A program made the position numbers and the translations under genes. This document shows, in pieces, positions 45,592-54,935 of a stretch of DNA of 62,175 nucleotides. Under the pieces are notes generated by a model. The model worked only from the letters and a program-made list of their open reading frames with translations, was not told the DNA's origin and searched no databases. The DNA is taken from the NCBI GenBank assembly GCA_945865725.1, contig CAMBEO010000006.1, positions 1 through 62,175 of the forward strand, given 5' to 3'. This DNA is from Thermoflexus hugenholtzii JAD2 (GTDB taxonomy: Bacteria > Chloroflexota > UBA11872 > UBA12225). How positions within the stretch are numbered: the first letter of the stretch is position 1; each line of letters opens with the position of its first letter.

Positions 45592-47079
45592 ATGACAACG
45601 GTGACCGGAATGGTGGCGCACGTCGGGCTTGCCCGCAACTATGTCGGTGGCAAGTGGATCGACCCGAGTGGCGGGCGTCTGCCGGTCTTTGACCCCGCCA
45701 CGGGCAACCAGATCGCCGAGGTGGGCATCTCGACCGCCGCCGACGTCGTCGCCGCCGTTGACGTGGCGCAAGCGGCGTACCTGCCTTGGCGGAATACGCC
45801 GCCGGTCGATCGCGCTCGCCCGCTGTTCCGGCTCAAGCACCTGATGGAGGAGCACTTCGAGGAGCTGGCGAGCCTCGTGACCCTCGACCACGGGAAGACC
45901 ATCGCGGACGCGCGCGGCGAGGTCCGCCGGGCGATCGAGAACGTCGAGGTTGCGTGCGGCATCCCGACGTTGATGATGGGCTACGGGCTTGAGGACGGCG
46001 CGGCCCGCGGCATCGACGAGCACGTGATCCGGCAACCGCTGGGCGTCTTCGCCGCGGTCGTGCCATTCAACTTCCCGTTGATGGTGCCGTTCTGGTTCTG
46101 GCCATACGCGGTCGCCTGCGGCAACTCGTACGTCATCAAGCCGTCGGAACAGGACCCGCTACCTCTCGTGCGCGTCTACGAGCTGATCGACCGGTGCGGC
46201 TTTCCGCCAGGGGTGATCAACCTCGTCCAGGGCACGCGCGAGGCGGTCGACACCCTCCTTGACGAGCCGCGAATCCAAGGCATCAGCTTTGTCGGGTCAT
46301 CGCCGGTCGCCCGGTACATCTACTCGCGCGCATCGGCGAACGGCAAGCGGGTCCAGGCTCAAGGCGGGGCGAAGAACACCCTTGTCGTCCTTCCTGATGC
46401 CGTGCCTCTCGTTGATGGCGCGGTCTCGAACATCCTCGGGTCGTGCTTCGGCGCGGCCGGGCAACGCTGCCTCGCCGGGAGCATCCTGTTGACCGTGGGC
46501 GACGTGCACGACCAGGTCGTCGACGTCCTTGCCGCGGCCGGGAATGCGATGTCGGTCGGTGACGGCGCCGACCCGTCGATCGACGTTGGGCCGGTCATCT
46601 CCGGGGCCTCGCGGGACCGGATTGTCGCGGCGATCGATGCAGGGGCCGGGTCCGGCGCGCGCCTGGTCGTGGATGGGCGCAATCCAAGCGTCCGAGAAGC
46701 GAATGCCGTCGGCTACTTCGTCGGCCCGACCGTGTTTGATCGGGTCGCGCCAGACAATGCCCTAGCCCAGACGGAGATCTTCGGTCCGGTGCTATCGATC
46801 GACAACGAGCCAACCTTGGACGCCGCGATCGACCGGATCAATGCCATGACGTTCGGCAACGCGGCGAGCCTGTACACCGGGAGAGGCAAGGCTGCGCGGG
46901 AGTTCAGGCACCGGGTCGTGGCCGGCAATATCGGCATCAACGTCGGCGTCGCGGCGGCGATGGCGTACTTCCCGTTCGCCGGCATGAAGGCGAGCTTCTT
47001 CGGCACCCTGCACGGGCAGGGACGCGATGCCGTCGAGTTCTTCACCGACAAGAAGGTTTACATCGAGCGCTGGTTCTAG
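45592..47079 (+). CDS. mmsA: CoA-acylating (methyl)malonate-semialdehyde dehydrogenase
   Basis: 'ACGIPTLMMG', 'PFNFP.MVP.W', 'KPSEQDP', 'FVGSS', 'QGGAKN', 'GAAGQRC', 'EIFGPV'. Confidence 0.92.
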   Translation: MTTVTGMVAHVGLARNYVGGKWIDPSGGRLPVFDPATGNQIAEVGISTAADVVAAVDVAQAAYLPWRNTPPVDRARPLFRLKHLMEEHFEELASLVTLDHGKTIADARGEVRRAIENVEVACGIPTLMMGYGLEDGAARGIDEHVIRQPLGVFAAVVPFNFPLMVPFWFWPYAVACGNSYVIKPSEQDPLPLVRVYELIDRCGFPPGVINLVQGTREAVDTLLDEPRIQGISFVGSSPVARYIYSRASANGKRVQAQGGAKNTLVVLPDAVPLVDGAVSNILGSCFGAAGQRCLAGSILLTVGDVHDQVVDVLAAAGNAMSVGDGADPSIDVGPVISGASRDRIVAAIDAGAGSGARLVVDGRNPSVREANAVGYFVGPTVFDRVAPDNALAQTEIFGPVLSIDNEPTLDAAIDRINAMTFGNAASLYTGRGKAAREFRHRVVAGNIGINVGVAAAMAYFPFAGMKASFFGTLHGQGRDAVEFFTDKKVYIERWF

Positions 47080-47083
47080 CGCG

Positions 47084-47878
47084 GTGGTCGCCGTCGGGCG
47101 TCGGCGCGAGCGCCACGCGGCGCTTCTCGCCCGACTGCGATGGCGCCTTGGCACGCGTCGACCGGTGCGGGAACTGGCCGTGCCCATCGTCGGTGCGGGG
47201 GCAGAGTTCGTGGCCCTCGCGCCGGCTGACCCGGAGGCGGTCCTCGATGAGACGGCGCGCGCCCACGCCGCCCGGGTCGCCGGCGCGATCTGGCACGTGC
47301 CGTACTGGGCAACCCCCTGGGCAAGTGGCATCGCCGTCGCCGAGGCGGTGGTCGCCGAACCTCACGCTTTTTTGGGTCGGCGCGTCCTCGAACTCGGATG
47401 CGGTCTAGGGATAACCGCGATGGCCCTCGCCGGGGCCGGGGCCGAACTGTTCGTCGCCGACTGCTGGCCCGAGACGCTGGCGTACTGCCGGTTCAATGCC
47501 CTCCGGTACGCCGGAGACCGCGCCACGGTAAGCCCCCGCCTCGCCGATTGGCGCACGCAAGCTGGTCGGGAAAGGCTCATGCGTTCCGGACCATTCGATG
47601 TCGTGGTCGCCGCGGACGTCCTCTACGAGGCGGAGGACGTCGACCCGTTGCGGGAGTTGCTGCCACGCCTCCTTCGCCCGGAAGGCTCCGCGTGGGTCGC
47701 CGAACCGGGGCGCACCACGAGCCGGCGCTTCGTCGATGCCACTGATGACGCCGGTTGGGAACGGCGCACCATCGCCGTCACTCGCGATCCATGGCCGGTG
47801 GATGCGGGTCGCGCGACCGTGCGACTTCACCGCTACTACGGCATTGGACGGCCCGGGACTAGCACTCCTACGTGCTGA
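47084..47878 (+). CDS. Class I SAM-dependent methyltransferase (METTL21/lysine-MTase-like)
   Basis: 'PYWATPWASG', 'VLELGCGLG', 'AADVLYE', 'AEPGR'. Confidence 0.85.
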   Translation: MVAVGRRRERHAALLARLRWRLGTRRPVRELAVPIVGAGAEFVALAPADPEAVLDETARAHAARVAGAIWHVPYWATPWASGIAVAEAVVAEPHAFLGRRVLELGCGLGITAMALAGAGAELFVADCWPETLAYCRFNALRYAGDRATVSPRLADWRTQAGRERLMRSGPFDVVVAADVLYEAEDVDPLRELLPRLLRPEGSAWVAEPGRTTSRRFVDATDDAGWERRTIAVTRDPWPVDAGRATVRLHRYYGIGRPGTSTPTC

Positions 47879-48464
47879 TCGCTGTCGTTGCGAGAGGGCG
47901 GGCGAGGACATGGATTCGCCCCCAGGGCGCATGCAAGTCCTTGGACCAACGGTAGCCCCGGCGCTCGTAGATTGATCGCGCGTAGTGGTTGCCCTCGTCA
48001 ACGCCGATCGTCATCGACCGGAAGGACCGCAGGCCCGCGGCGTGCTCGGCCGAAGCGAGGAGACCGCGGGCGATGCCGCGATGCCGGAAATACGGGTGCA
48101 CGACTAGGTTTGACACGTGCGCGGTCGCGACGCCGTCGGCGAGCGCAGGATCGTCGGCGACCCACTCCACCGTAAGCGTTCCGACGAGGTAGCCGTCGCA
48201 CTCGGAAATCCAAATCTCGCGTCGGCCCTCGGCCATTGAGCGGAACTGTTGCCCGACGGTGTCGGCCGTCCACCCGCTTGCGCGGCGCACCGCGACGACG
48301 GCGAACTCCTCTTCCGGGAGCGCGGGGCGGAAGCGGACGCCAATCGGAAGCCCTTCGGGATCGTCCGCGTGGCCTCCGGGGAGGGTGCGAGGTGAGCGAA
48401 CCAGTGTCACTGGATGGGCTGACTTTCCGAGGGAATCGTACCGCGTGGCTGGCACTGAATCCAC
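47868..48464 (-). CDS. GNAT-family N-acetyltransferase
   Basis: 'LVVHPYFRHRGIARGLL', 'NHYARSIYERRGY'; start uncertain. Confidence 0.85.
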   Translation of the reverse strand: MDSVPATRYDSLGKSAHPVTLVRSPRTLPGGHADDPEGLPIGVRFRPALPEEEFAVVAVRRASGWTADTVGQQFRSMAEGRREIWISECDGYLVGTLTVEWVADDPALADGVATAHVSNLVVHPYFRHRGIARGLLASAEHAAGLRSFRSMTIGVDEGNHYARSIYERRGYRWSKDLHAPWGRIHVLARPLATTAIST

Positions 48465-48527
48465 CCGCGGCCGATCAATCCGGTCCGCATCGTTGCAATC
48501 GCGTTATCGCCGGGGCGATGCGACTTG

Positions 48528-48581
48528 TTGCGGTTATGGTTCGGTTTCGACTATCATTCGACGAAGCACGTGAGCGTCACG
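48528..48581 (+). promoter_or_regulatory. Putative promoter and operator for the 48637 operon
   Basis: TTGCGG-18bp-TATCAT (48552-48557) in an AT-richer patch; inverted repeat CGTGA-GCG-TCACG at 48569-48581. Confidence 0.4.
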
Positions 48582-48636
48582 GCGTAGAGGGCAACCGTCT
48601 CGCGGACGCAAGTTGACGTCGTCGGAGGAGTTAAGC

Positions 48637-48966
48637 ATGCCGGATTTCAAGAACGCGGAAGTATCCACGGTCGTTGAGGACCTGAGCCAATACAAGGCAT
48701 TCCTTGCCCAGTATGTCGTCGGACAGGTCGTGACCCTTCCCATCAGCACGGGTGAGACGCCCCGCCGCGTGATGCGGTCACTGAACAAGGCGGCTGGCGC
48801 AAACAACGTCCGTCTGATCCGCTTGCGGTCGGACGAGGGTCGCGTGCGCTTCCGTATGGCGCCGCAGGAGCGTCGGGTCGTGAACCTCTCCGAGGAAGCT
48901 CGTCGCGCGCGCGTCGAGAAGGCCCGGGAAACGCGCGCGCGCAATCGCGCCGCCGCCCAGAAGTGA
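48637..48966 (+). CDS. Small basic hypothetical protein (candidate nucleic-acid-binding)
   Basis: GGAGGAG SD, ATG 48637; Arg/Lys-rich C-terminal helix. Confidence 0.8.
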   Translation: MPDFKNAEVSTVVEDLSQYKAFLAQYVVGQVVTLPISTGETPRRVMRSLNKAAGANNVRLIRLRSDEGRVRFRMAPQERRVVNLSEEARRARVEKARETRARNRAAAQK

Positions 48967-49586
48967 CCGGAACCTCGCGCCTTCGAGTGCGCGAGGTTCG
49001 GCTCTACTTCCATGGCCCGCCCAGTGCCGTCCTCGATCGCTTCGAGGAGGTCCTGGCGCGGGCCGGTCCGTTTGTGTTCGCTCGCACCCCGTGGTCCCTG
49101 GCCGCCGCGCCTCGTGTACACGCTGAAACGCTGGCGAAACCGAACGAAGACCGACCTGCCCGAGGCATCCCGCGCGACGGATTAGCGATCGCAGGATCGC
49201 AATCGCCTGGTCCAGGAACCCTCGGCGTAGGCGGGGCGCAGCTCGCGCTCGTCCCGGTTCAGGGATCGCCCGCGCACGTCCGCGCGTGGCTTTCATGGGT
49301 GCCCGACACGGGTACCGGTGAATCGCTCATTGATGCCGCGATCGGTGAGTTCCTCGACAAGGAACGCGATGGGTCCCGAGCGGTCCAAGTTGAGGTCGAT
49401 GCAGCCGAACGCGGCGGCGGGGAAGCAACCTGGGCGGCCCAGATGGCGAACCTTCACCGTGCCCTCGTGGTGTCGGGGGTTGCTACCGGGGACATCGAGG
49501 CCCGCCTGTCAGCGATGAGGGCGCGATGGCTGGCGGCCCGGCGCGGCGCCGACGCCGCTGACGAGGTCGAGCCTCCCGTCGCGTGA
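48963..49586 (+). CDS. Hypothetical protein
   Basis: GTGA overlap with upstream gene; 207 codons. Confidence 0.65.
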   Translation: MTGTSRLRVREVRLYFHGPPSAVLDRFEEVLARAGPFVFARTPWSLAAAPRVHAETLAKPNEDRPARGIPRDGLAIAGSQSPGPGTLGVGGAQLALVPVQGSPAHVRAWLSWVPDTGTGESLIDAAIGEFLDKERDGSRAVQVEVDAAERGGGEATWAAQMANLHRALVVSGVATGDIEARLSAMRARWLAARRGADAADEVEPPVA

Positions 49587-49692
49587 ACTAGGCGGGCCAC
49601 GTTTCGTGGTGCCTTCGCCAAAGGCAGGCGGCCCCGACTGCGCTACGACCTCCCGCCAGTCGCTTGGGATGGCGGGAGGAGGTGCGCGGCTG

Positions 49693-51372
49693 TCAGGCTG
49701 GATCACCTCGGTAGGTGATCACGGGTGCCTCAGAGGCCTCCGCGACGGGTGCCTCAGAGGTTTCCGCAACGGGTGCCTCAGAGGTTTCCGCAACGGGTGC
49801 CTCAGCGGTTTCCGCGACGGGTGCCTCGACAGCCTCCGCGACGGGCGCCTCGGTGGCTTCCGCGACGGGCGCCTCGATGACTTCCGCGACGGGCGCCTCG
49901 ATGACTTCCGCGACGGTCGCCTCGGTGACTTCCGCGACAGGTGCCTCAGAGGTCTCCGCGACGGTCGCCTCGGTGGCTTCCGCGACGGGAGCCTCGGTGG
50001 CTTCCGCGACGGGAGCCTCGGTGGCCTCCGCGACAGGTGCCTCGATGGCCTCCGCGACAGGTGCCTCGACAGCTTCCGCGACGGGAGCCTCGGTGGCCTC
50101 CGCGACGGTCGCCTCGGTGGCTTCCGCGACGGGCGCCTCGGTGGCTTCCGCGACGGGCGCCTCGGTGGCTTCCGCGACGGGTACCTCGGAAACTTCCGCG
50201 ACGGTCGCCTCGATGGCCTCCGCGACGGGCGCCTCGATGGCCTCCGCGACGGGTGCCTCGACAGCCTCCGCGACGGGTGCCTCGATGGCTTCCGCGACGG
50301 GCGCCTCGGTGGCCTCGGTGGCTTCCGCAGCAGGTGACTCGATGGTCTCCGCAACGGGTGCCTGGGAAACTTCCGCGACGGTCGCCTCGACAGCTTCCGC
50401 GACGGTCGCCTCGATGGCCTCAACGTTGGCGATCAACTCTTGGGCAAGCGGCACTGGCGGATGGCCCTCGGGGGTTCCGGGCGACGCGGGAGCGATGGGG
50501 CGAGGGCCAGCGGCGTTTGAGGCGTCAGGCCTCGGACCACGGAACGGCGGCACACCGACTGGTGCTCCCGCGGGCCGTGGACCGAACGGACGAGGTCCGA
50601 ACCGCGGTCCATCCGGAGCGCCGTCGGGGCGAGGTCCGCCCGGTCTCGGGCCGAATCGCGGCCCATCCGGTGCACCCTCCGGGCGAGGTCCACCCGGTCT
50701 TGGGCCGAACCGCGGTCCCTCCGGCGCGCCGTCCGGGCGAGGTCCGCCCGGTCTCGGGCCGAAACGCGGTCCGTCTGGTGCGCCCTCCGGGCGAGGTCCA
50801 CCCGGTCTCGGCCCGAAACGCGGTCCCTCCGGCGCGCCTTCCGGGCGAGGTCCGTCGGGCCTCGGGCCGAATCGCGGTCCATCCGCGGGACCCCCGGGAC
50901 GAGGACCCCCCGGTCGAGCGAAGAAGCGAGGCCCATCCGGCCCACCGCCGGGGCGAGGCCCTGTCGGTTCACCTACTTGGCCGGACCCTGGACCGCGCGG
51001 CGCTTCAACTGGCGCGGGTGGCGGTGGCGGTGGTGGCGGTTCGGGCATGCCGAGTTTCGAATGGAGCCCGGCAAAACCCTGGCCCTTCAACGCGTTCGCG
51101 CCGACTAGCGTCGATTTCGCCTCGCGTCGCAACTCGCGCTCGACCCAGTTCGCGACCGCCATCAGCGTCAGGGACCGTGCCTCGATTTCGATCGAGACGC
51201 CCCCTTCCGATTGAGGCGAGACCGTCGCGGTCCCTGAACCGTCTTCGCCGATGCCGAACGCAAGCGTCCCTCCGTCGCGCGACATGATGCGTGCGCCACG
51301 GCGTGCAAACAGCGACGCCAGCATGCTGCTGGCCTTCTCGGGGGTCACGTTCAAGCGGAGCTGCTGCGCCAT
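49693..51372 (-). CDS. Repeat protein: small globular N-domain, poly-Pro, GPRF repeats and acidic EAPVAEAT repeats
   Basis: AGGAGG SD and TATGAT upstream of ATG 51372; repeat variation keeps this frame. Confidence 0.8.
   Translation of the reverse strand: MAQQLRLNVTPEKASSMLASLFARRGARIMSRDGGTLAFGIGEDGSGTATVSPQSEGGVSIEIEARSLTLMAVANWVERELRREAKSTLVGANALKGQGFAGLHSKLGMPEPPPPPPPPAPVEAPRGPGSGQVGEPTGPRPGGGPDGPRFFARPGGPRPGGPADGPRFGPRPDGPRPEGAPEGPRFGPRPGGPRPEGAPDGPRFGPRPGGPRPDGAPEGPRFGPRPGGPRPEGAPDGPRFGPRPGGPRPDGAPDGPRFGPRPFGPRPAGAPVGVPPFRGPRPDASNAAGPRPIAPASPGTPEGHPPVPLAQELIANVEAIEATVAEAVEATVAEVSQAPVAETIESPAAEATEATEAPVAEAIEAPVAEAVEAPVAEAIEAPVAEAIEATVAEVSEVPVAEATEAPVAEATEAPVAEATEATVAEATEAPVAEAVEAPVAEAIEAPVAEATEAPVAEATEAPVAEATEATVAETSEAPVAEVTEATVAEVIEAPVAEVIEAPVAEATEAPVAEAVEAPVAETAEAPVAETSEAPVAETSEAPVAEASEAPVITYRGDPA
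49720..50412 (-). repeat. Coding tandem repeat, 24-bp unit, about 28 copies (EAPVAEAT)
   Basis: Unit ~CTCCGCGACGGGCGCCTCGGTGGC on +; 28 full units, one 9-bp insertion and a half unit. Confidence 0.95.
50557..50934 (-). repeat. Coding tandem repeat, 54-bp unit, 7 copies (GPRFGPRPGGPRPEGAPD)
   Basis: Seven 18-aa units, first and last degenerate. Confidence 0.93.
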
Positions 51373-51921
51373 CCGGGTCCTAGGGCCTCCTCGTGCGCCC
51401 GGATCATACCCGACCTCCTGAAGTTCGCCGTCTCGACCCGGCCTCGCCAATCGTCTTCACATGCGCAGAAGCACCGGTCGGGGGCAGTCGTGGCTGGTGG
51501 CGCCGGGCCCGAGGGATGGGTCCCGCCCGTCAGGATTGAGGAGGCGTCCCTCGACGACTGCTCCCCTGCCCATCAGGCACCGATGGCGAGACGATCACGG
51601 CCTCGGGGGACACGCGGCACGTCGCCATCGCGAGACGAGACGCTGAGAGTGGGTCGGCCATGCGGCGAACCTCAAGCCAGTTGCATCGCGGGAACTCGCC
51701 CTACTTCATGTCGGTACTGCCGGCAAGACCGATCGAGGAACTGTCGAGGCTGACGGAAACCCAGCGCTCCCAGTCACGTCCGGCAGGACGCTGCTGCTTC
51801 CGGTGAGGGCGGCACGGGGGATGGCGCTCCCGGTCGAGGTGCTTGGAAGGTTGGTTGCCGTGGCGTGCTTGAGGCATGGGCTGGCGCCCCGAGGATCGCG
51901 AAGGTGCGATACTCGGCGCCG

Positions 51922-52950
51922 ATGGATGCCTTCGAGATGCGCCGCCTCGGTCGGACCGATCTCTACCTCCCGGCGTTGGGGTTCGGCTCGGCGACGATCG
52001 GCGACATGCGTGGCGCGATCCCCGAGTCGCAGGCGCAGGCGACCATCGAAGCGGCGTGGGCCGCCGGGATCTCCTTCTTTGATACGGCGCCGTGGTACGG
52101 GCGGGGCAAGAGCGAGTTGCGGGTGGGCGCCGGCTTGCGGTCCAAGCCGCGTGACCAGTACGTCCTGACGACGAAAGTCGGCCGGACGTTGCATCGCCCG
52201 GCCGATCCGCGCGGGTTTGCCGCGGCGCAGGCAGACGGGTCCTTGCCGATCGAGATTCGCTTTGACTACACGCGTGAGGGCGTCCTGCGCTCGTACGAGG
52301 ACAGCGTGCAGCGGCTGGGCATCCCCGAAATCGATGCGCTGCTGATCCACGACCTCGACCCGATGCACCATGGCGACGCGGGGGTGGAACCGTACCTGCG
52401 CCAGTTGGAGGACGGGGGCGGCTTCGCGGCGTTGTCCGACTTGAAGGCCTCGGGGCAGGTCAAGGCCATCGGCGCGGGCATCAACATGCTCGGGATGATC
52501 CCCCATTTCGTCCCGCGCTTCCCGATCGACTTTTTCATTGTCGCGATGCCGTACACGTTGCTGGACCAGGGAGCGCTTGACGAGGAGTTCCCCTTGTGCG
52601 AGCGACATGGCATCGGCGTCGTCATCGGCGCCCCATTCGCATCCGGGATCCTCGCGAGCCGCTCAGGGCCCGCGGCGACGTACGCGTATCGGCCCGTTGA
52701 AGACGCCACCGCGCGGAAGGTCGCCCGCATCGAGCGCGTGTGCAGCGATCACGGGGTGCCGATCGGCGCGGTGGCGCTGCAGTTCCCGCTTGCCCATCCC
52801 CTGGTCGCCGCGATCATTCCTGGGCCGAACCATCCGGACCAGGTACGCACGAACCTCGCGTGGCTGCGCACTTCGGTGCCCGCGGCGCTGTGGCGTGACC
52901 TCAAGTCCGAGGGCTTGGTGTCGAACGACGCACCGGTTCCCGGGGCTTGA
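51922..52950 (+). CDS. Aldo/keto reductase (D-threo-aldose 1-dehydrogenase-like)
   Basis: 'LGFG', 'FFDTAPWYG.GKSE.RVG', 'TTKVGR', 'FDYT', 'LLIHD', 'YTLLDQ', 'ALQFPLAHP'. Confidence 0.92.
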   Translation: MDAFEMRRLGRTDLYLPALGFGSATIGDMRGAIPESQAQATIEAAWAAGISFFDTAPWYGRGKSELRVGAGLRSKPRDQYVLTTKVGRTLHRPADPRGFAAAQADGSLPIEIRFDYTREGVLRSYEDSVQRLGIPEIDALLIHDLDPMHHGDAGVEPYLRQLEDGGGFAALSDLKASGQVKAIGAGINMLGMIPHFVPRFPIDFFIVAMPYTLLDQGALDEEFPLCERHGIGVVIGAPFASGILASRSGPAATYAYRPVEDATARKVARIERVCSDHGVPIGAVALQFPLAHPLVAAIIPGPNHPDQVRTNLAWLRTSVPAALWRDLKSEGLVSNDAPVPGA

Positions 52951-52997
52951 CCGAGCGGGCCCTCGCGCGCCAAGGCTCCGAAACGCTCCTTGCCGGT

Positions 52998-54875
52998 ATG
53001 GATGCCTCCCCCGACCCGAACCGCGCGTTGATCCTGCCCGGACGTCATGGCCGGCGCGAGTGGCTCGCGCTTGCCGCCGGCGGGGTCGCCGCCGCGTGCG
53101 CCCCGACCGCGTCGCGGGGCGTCGAAGTGCCCGAGGTTTCCCGCCATCGGACGCTGCAGATCATGAACGGGACGATGCTCGGGCGCTTCGGCGACACCGG
53201 CATCGGCAACCCGTACCACTTCAGCGCGACCCACTACACCGGCCACGCGGCCTTGTGGGAACCCCTCTTTTACTTCTCGGCGGTCGGCTCCGGGATGATC
53301 CCCTGGCTTGCGCACGATTTCGCGTACGGCCGTGACGCCACCGAACTGGTGGTGCGCCTGCGCGACGGGGTCACCTGGGCGGACGGCAAGCCATTTACCG
53401 CCCGGGACGTGGCGTTTACGCTGCTGGCGGTCGCCTCGGCGCCGCCGACCGTCGCGTTCTCGCAGGATCTCCGGGCGCAGGTACGGGACGCCTTTGCCGC
53501 CGACCCGCTCACGCTCGTCGTCCGCTTTCGGGCGCCGAGTCCGCGGTTCGTGTTCGACTACTTGACCTTCAAGTACGACACCGGCCTGAAGATCGTGCCG
53601 GAGCATGTCTTCCGCGGACGCGACCTCGCAGACTTCACGTTCTACGATCCCGGCGCTGGTTGGCCCTTCGGTACCGGCCCGTACCGCATCGCTGGCTGGA
53701 CCGACACGTGGAAGTTCCTCGACCGGCGGAACGACTGGTGGGGTGCGCGCACGCAATTCGCCGACCTTCCCGGGCCAGAGCGGATCGTCGTCGTCCCCTA
53801 TGCCGACGAGAACCGGCTCGCGATGGGGATGACGCGAGGGGAGATCGACCACTCCTGGACGATGTTGCACAGCACCGCGCGCGCCATCGTGGGCGAGGGC
53901 ATCGAGGGGGCCCGGACCGGTGGTGCCCTCGATGGCGCCTATGCGCCCGCGGGGAAGCCCCGTGCGGGGACGGCGCTCAGCGAACGGCTGTCGCTGATGA
54001 CCTACTCGTTCGGGCGGCCACCGTACGGAAACGTCGACTGGTGGCCATTGTCGCTCTGGTTCGACACGAGGGTCGCGCCGTTCGACGACCCGCGGACCCG
54101 ATGGGCGATCTCATTCGCGATCGACCGGCGACGGCTCGTCGAGATCGGGCAGGAGGGCTTCGGTGAACCGACGGCCCTCCCGTACCCGAGCTTTCGCGCC
54201 CTCGAGCCGTACCTCGAATCCGTGCGGTACCGCCTCTGGGAGTTCCCGACCAACCGCTACGCGCCACGGGAGGTGGCCAAGCGGATGGAGGCGGTCGGCT
54301 ACCGGCGGGACGGAGCCGGTTTCTGGGCGAAGGATGGCGACCGCCTGCGCATCCCCATCGTCGGGCACCCGCAGTGGTCCGACCTTGGGCCGGTCCTCGC
54401 GGAGTTGCTTCGGCTCGAAGGGTTTGACGCGACGTACGACCAGCCGCCTGACTGGCTGGACCGGATTCGCACCGGCCGTGCGACCGCATGGATCTACGGC
54501 CATGGCGCGAGCGTCGTCGACCCGCACTTCACGCTCTCGCTCTTTCACGGGCGGAACGTCGCTGGGGCGTCCGCCTCCGCTGGCGGCGCCGGGGGATCGT
54601 GGTCCCGATGGAGCGACGCGGAGTTCGACCGAATCGTCGACGAGATGAACCAGGTTCCGGTCGGTGACCGCCGGATGCTCGACCTGTTCCCATCGGCGAT
54701 GGACGTCTGGCTGCGCGACCTCCCGAACGTGCCCCTCGTCCAAAGCTTCCACCACAACGTGATGAGCCAGGTGTACTGGGTCGGGTGGCCGAGCATCCTC
54801 AACCCGTACGTGAACGACGCGTTCTGGCATCTCACGTGGCCGCTGGTTCTCCGGCGGCTCAAGCCCGTCCGCTAG
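52998..54875 (+). CDS. ABC transporter substrate-binding protein, family 5 (Tat lipoprotein)
   Basis: 'GRREWL...AAAC' signal, 'LRDGVTWADGKPFTARDVAFT', 'GTGPY', 'PFDDPRTRWAIS.AIDR'; alternative TTG start 52947. Confidence 0.9.
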   Translation: MDASPDPNRALILPGRHGRREWLALAAGGVAAACAPTASRGVEVPEVSRHRTLQIMNGTMLGRFGDTGIGNPYHFSATHYTGHAALWEPLFYFSAVGSGMIPWLAHDFAYGRDATELVVRLRDGVTWADGKPFTARDVAFTLLAVASAPPTVAFSQDLRAQVRDAFAADPLTLVVRFRAPSPRFVFDYLTFKYDTGLKIVPEHVFRGRDLADFTFYDPGAGWPFGTGPYRIAGWTDTWKFLDRRNDWWGARTQFADLPGPERIVVVPYADENRLAMGMTRGEIDHSWTMLHSTARAIVGEGIEGARTGGALDGAYAPAGKPRAGTALSERLSLMTYSFGRPPYGNVDWWPLSLWFDTRVAPFDDPRTRWAISFAIDRRRLVEIGQEGFGEPTALPYPSFRALEPYLESVRYRLWEFPTNRYAPREVAKRMEAVGYRRDGAGFWAKDGDRLRIPIVGHPQWSDLGPVLAELLRLEGFDATYDQPPDWLDRIRTGRATAWIYGHGASVVDPHFTLSLFHGRNVAGASASAGGAGGSWSRWSDAEFDRIVDEMNQVPVGDRRMLDLFPSAMDVWLRDLPNVPLVQSFHHNVMSQVYWVGWPSILNPYVNDAFWHLTWPLVLRRLKPVR

Positions 54876-54896
54876 GGCGTGGACAGGAATGCGGGG

Positions 54897-54902
54897 TATA
54901 CT
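54897..54902 (+). promoter_or_regulatory. -10 element for tRNA-Ser
   Basis: TATACT about 33 nt upstream of the tRNA. Confidence 0.5.
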
Positions 54903-54935
54903 GCCCGCGCGGGTGCTCCCGTACCTCGCGAACCC

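Noticed and set aside
49720-50412. 24-bp periodic array as a CRISPR
   Set aside because: Units are head-to-tail with no unique spacers, length is a multiple of 3 inside an ORF, and there are no cas genes
50557-50934. GPRP as collagen-like or fibrin-knob mimic
   Set aside because: No sustained Gly-X-Y periodicity, and the protein has no export signal
49606-51287. Plus-strand ORFs (RDGRLGGF and SATGASVA repeats) as pentapeptide or ice-nucleation-like proteins
   Set aside because: They are antisense shadows of the repeat; only the minus frame has an SD, a promoter and a globular head
51791-51806. Minus-strand CCGGAAGCAGCAGC as SRP RNA domain IV
   Set aside because: Lacks the upstream CAGG and a closed GGAA tetraloop stem
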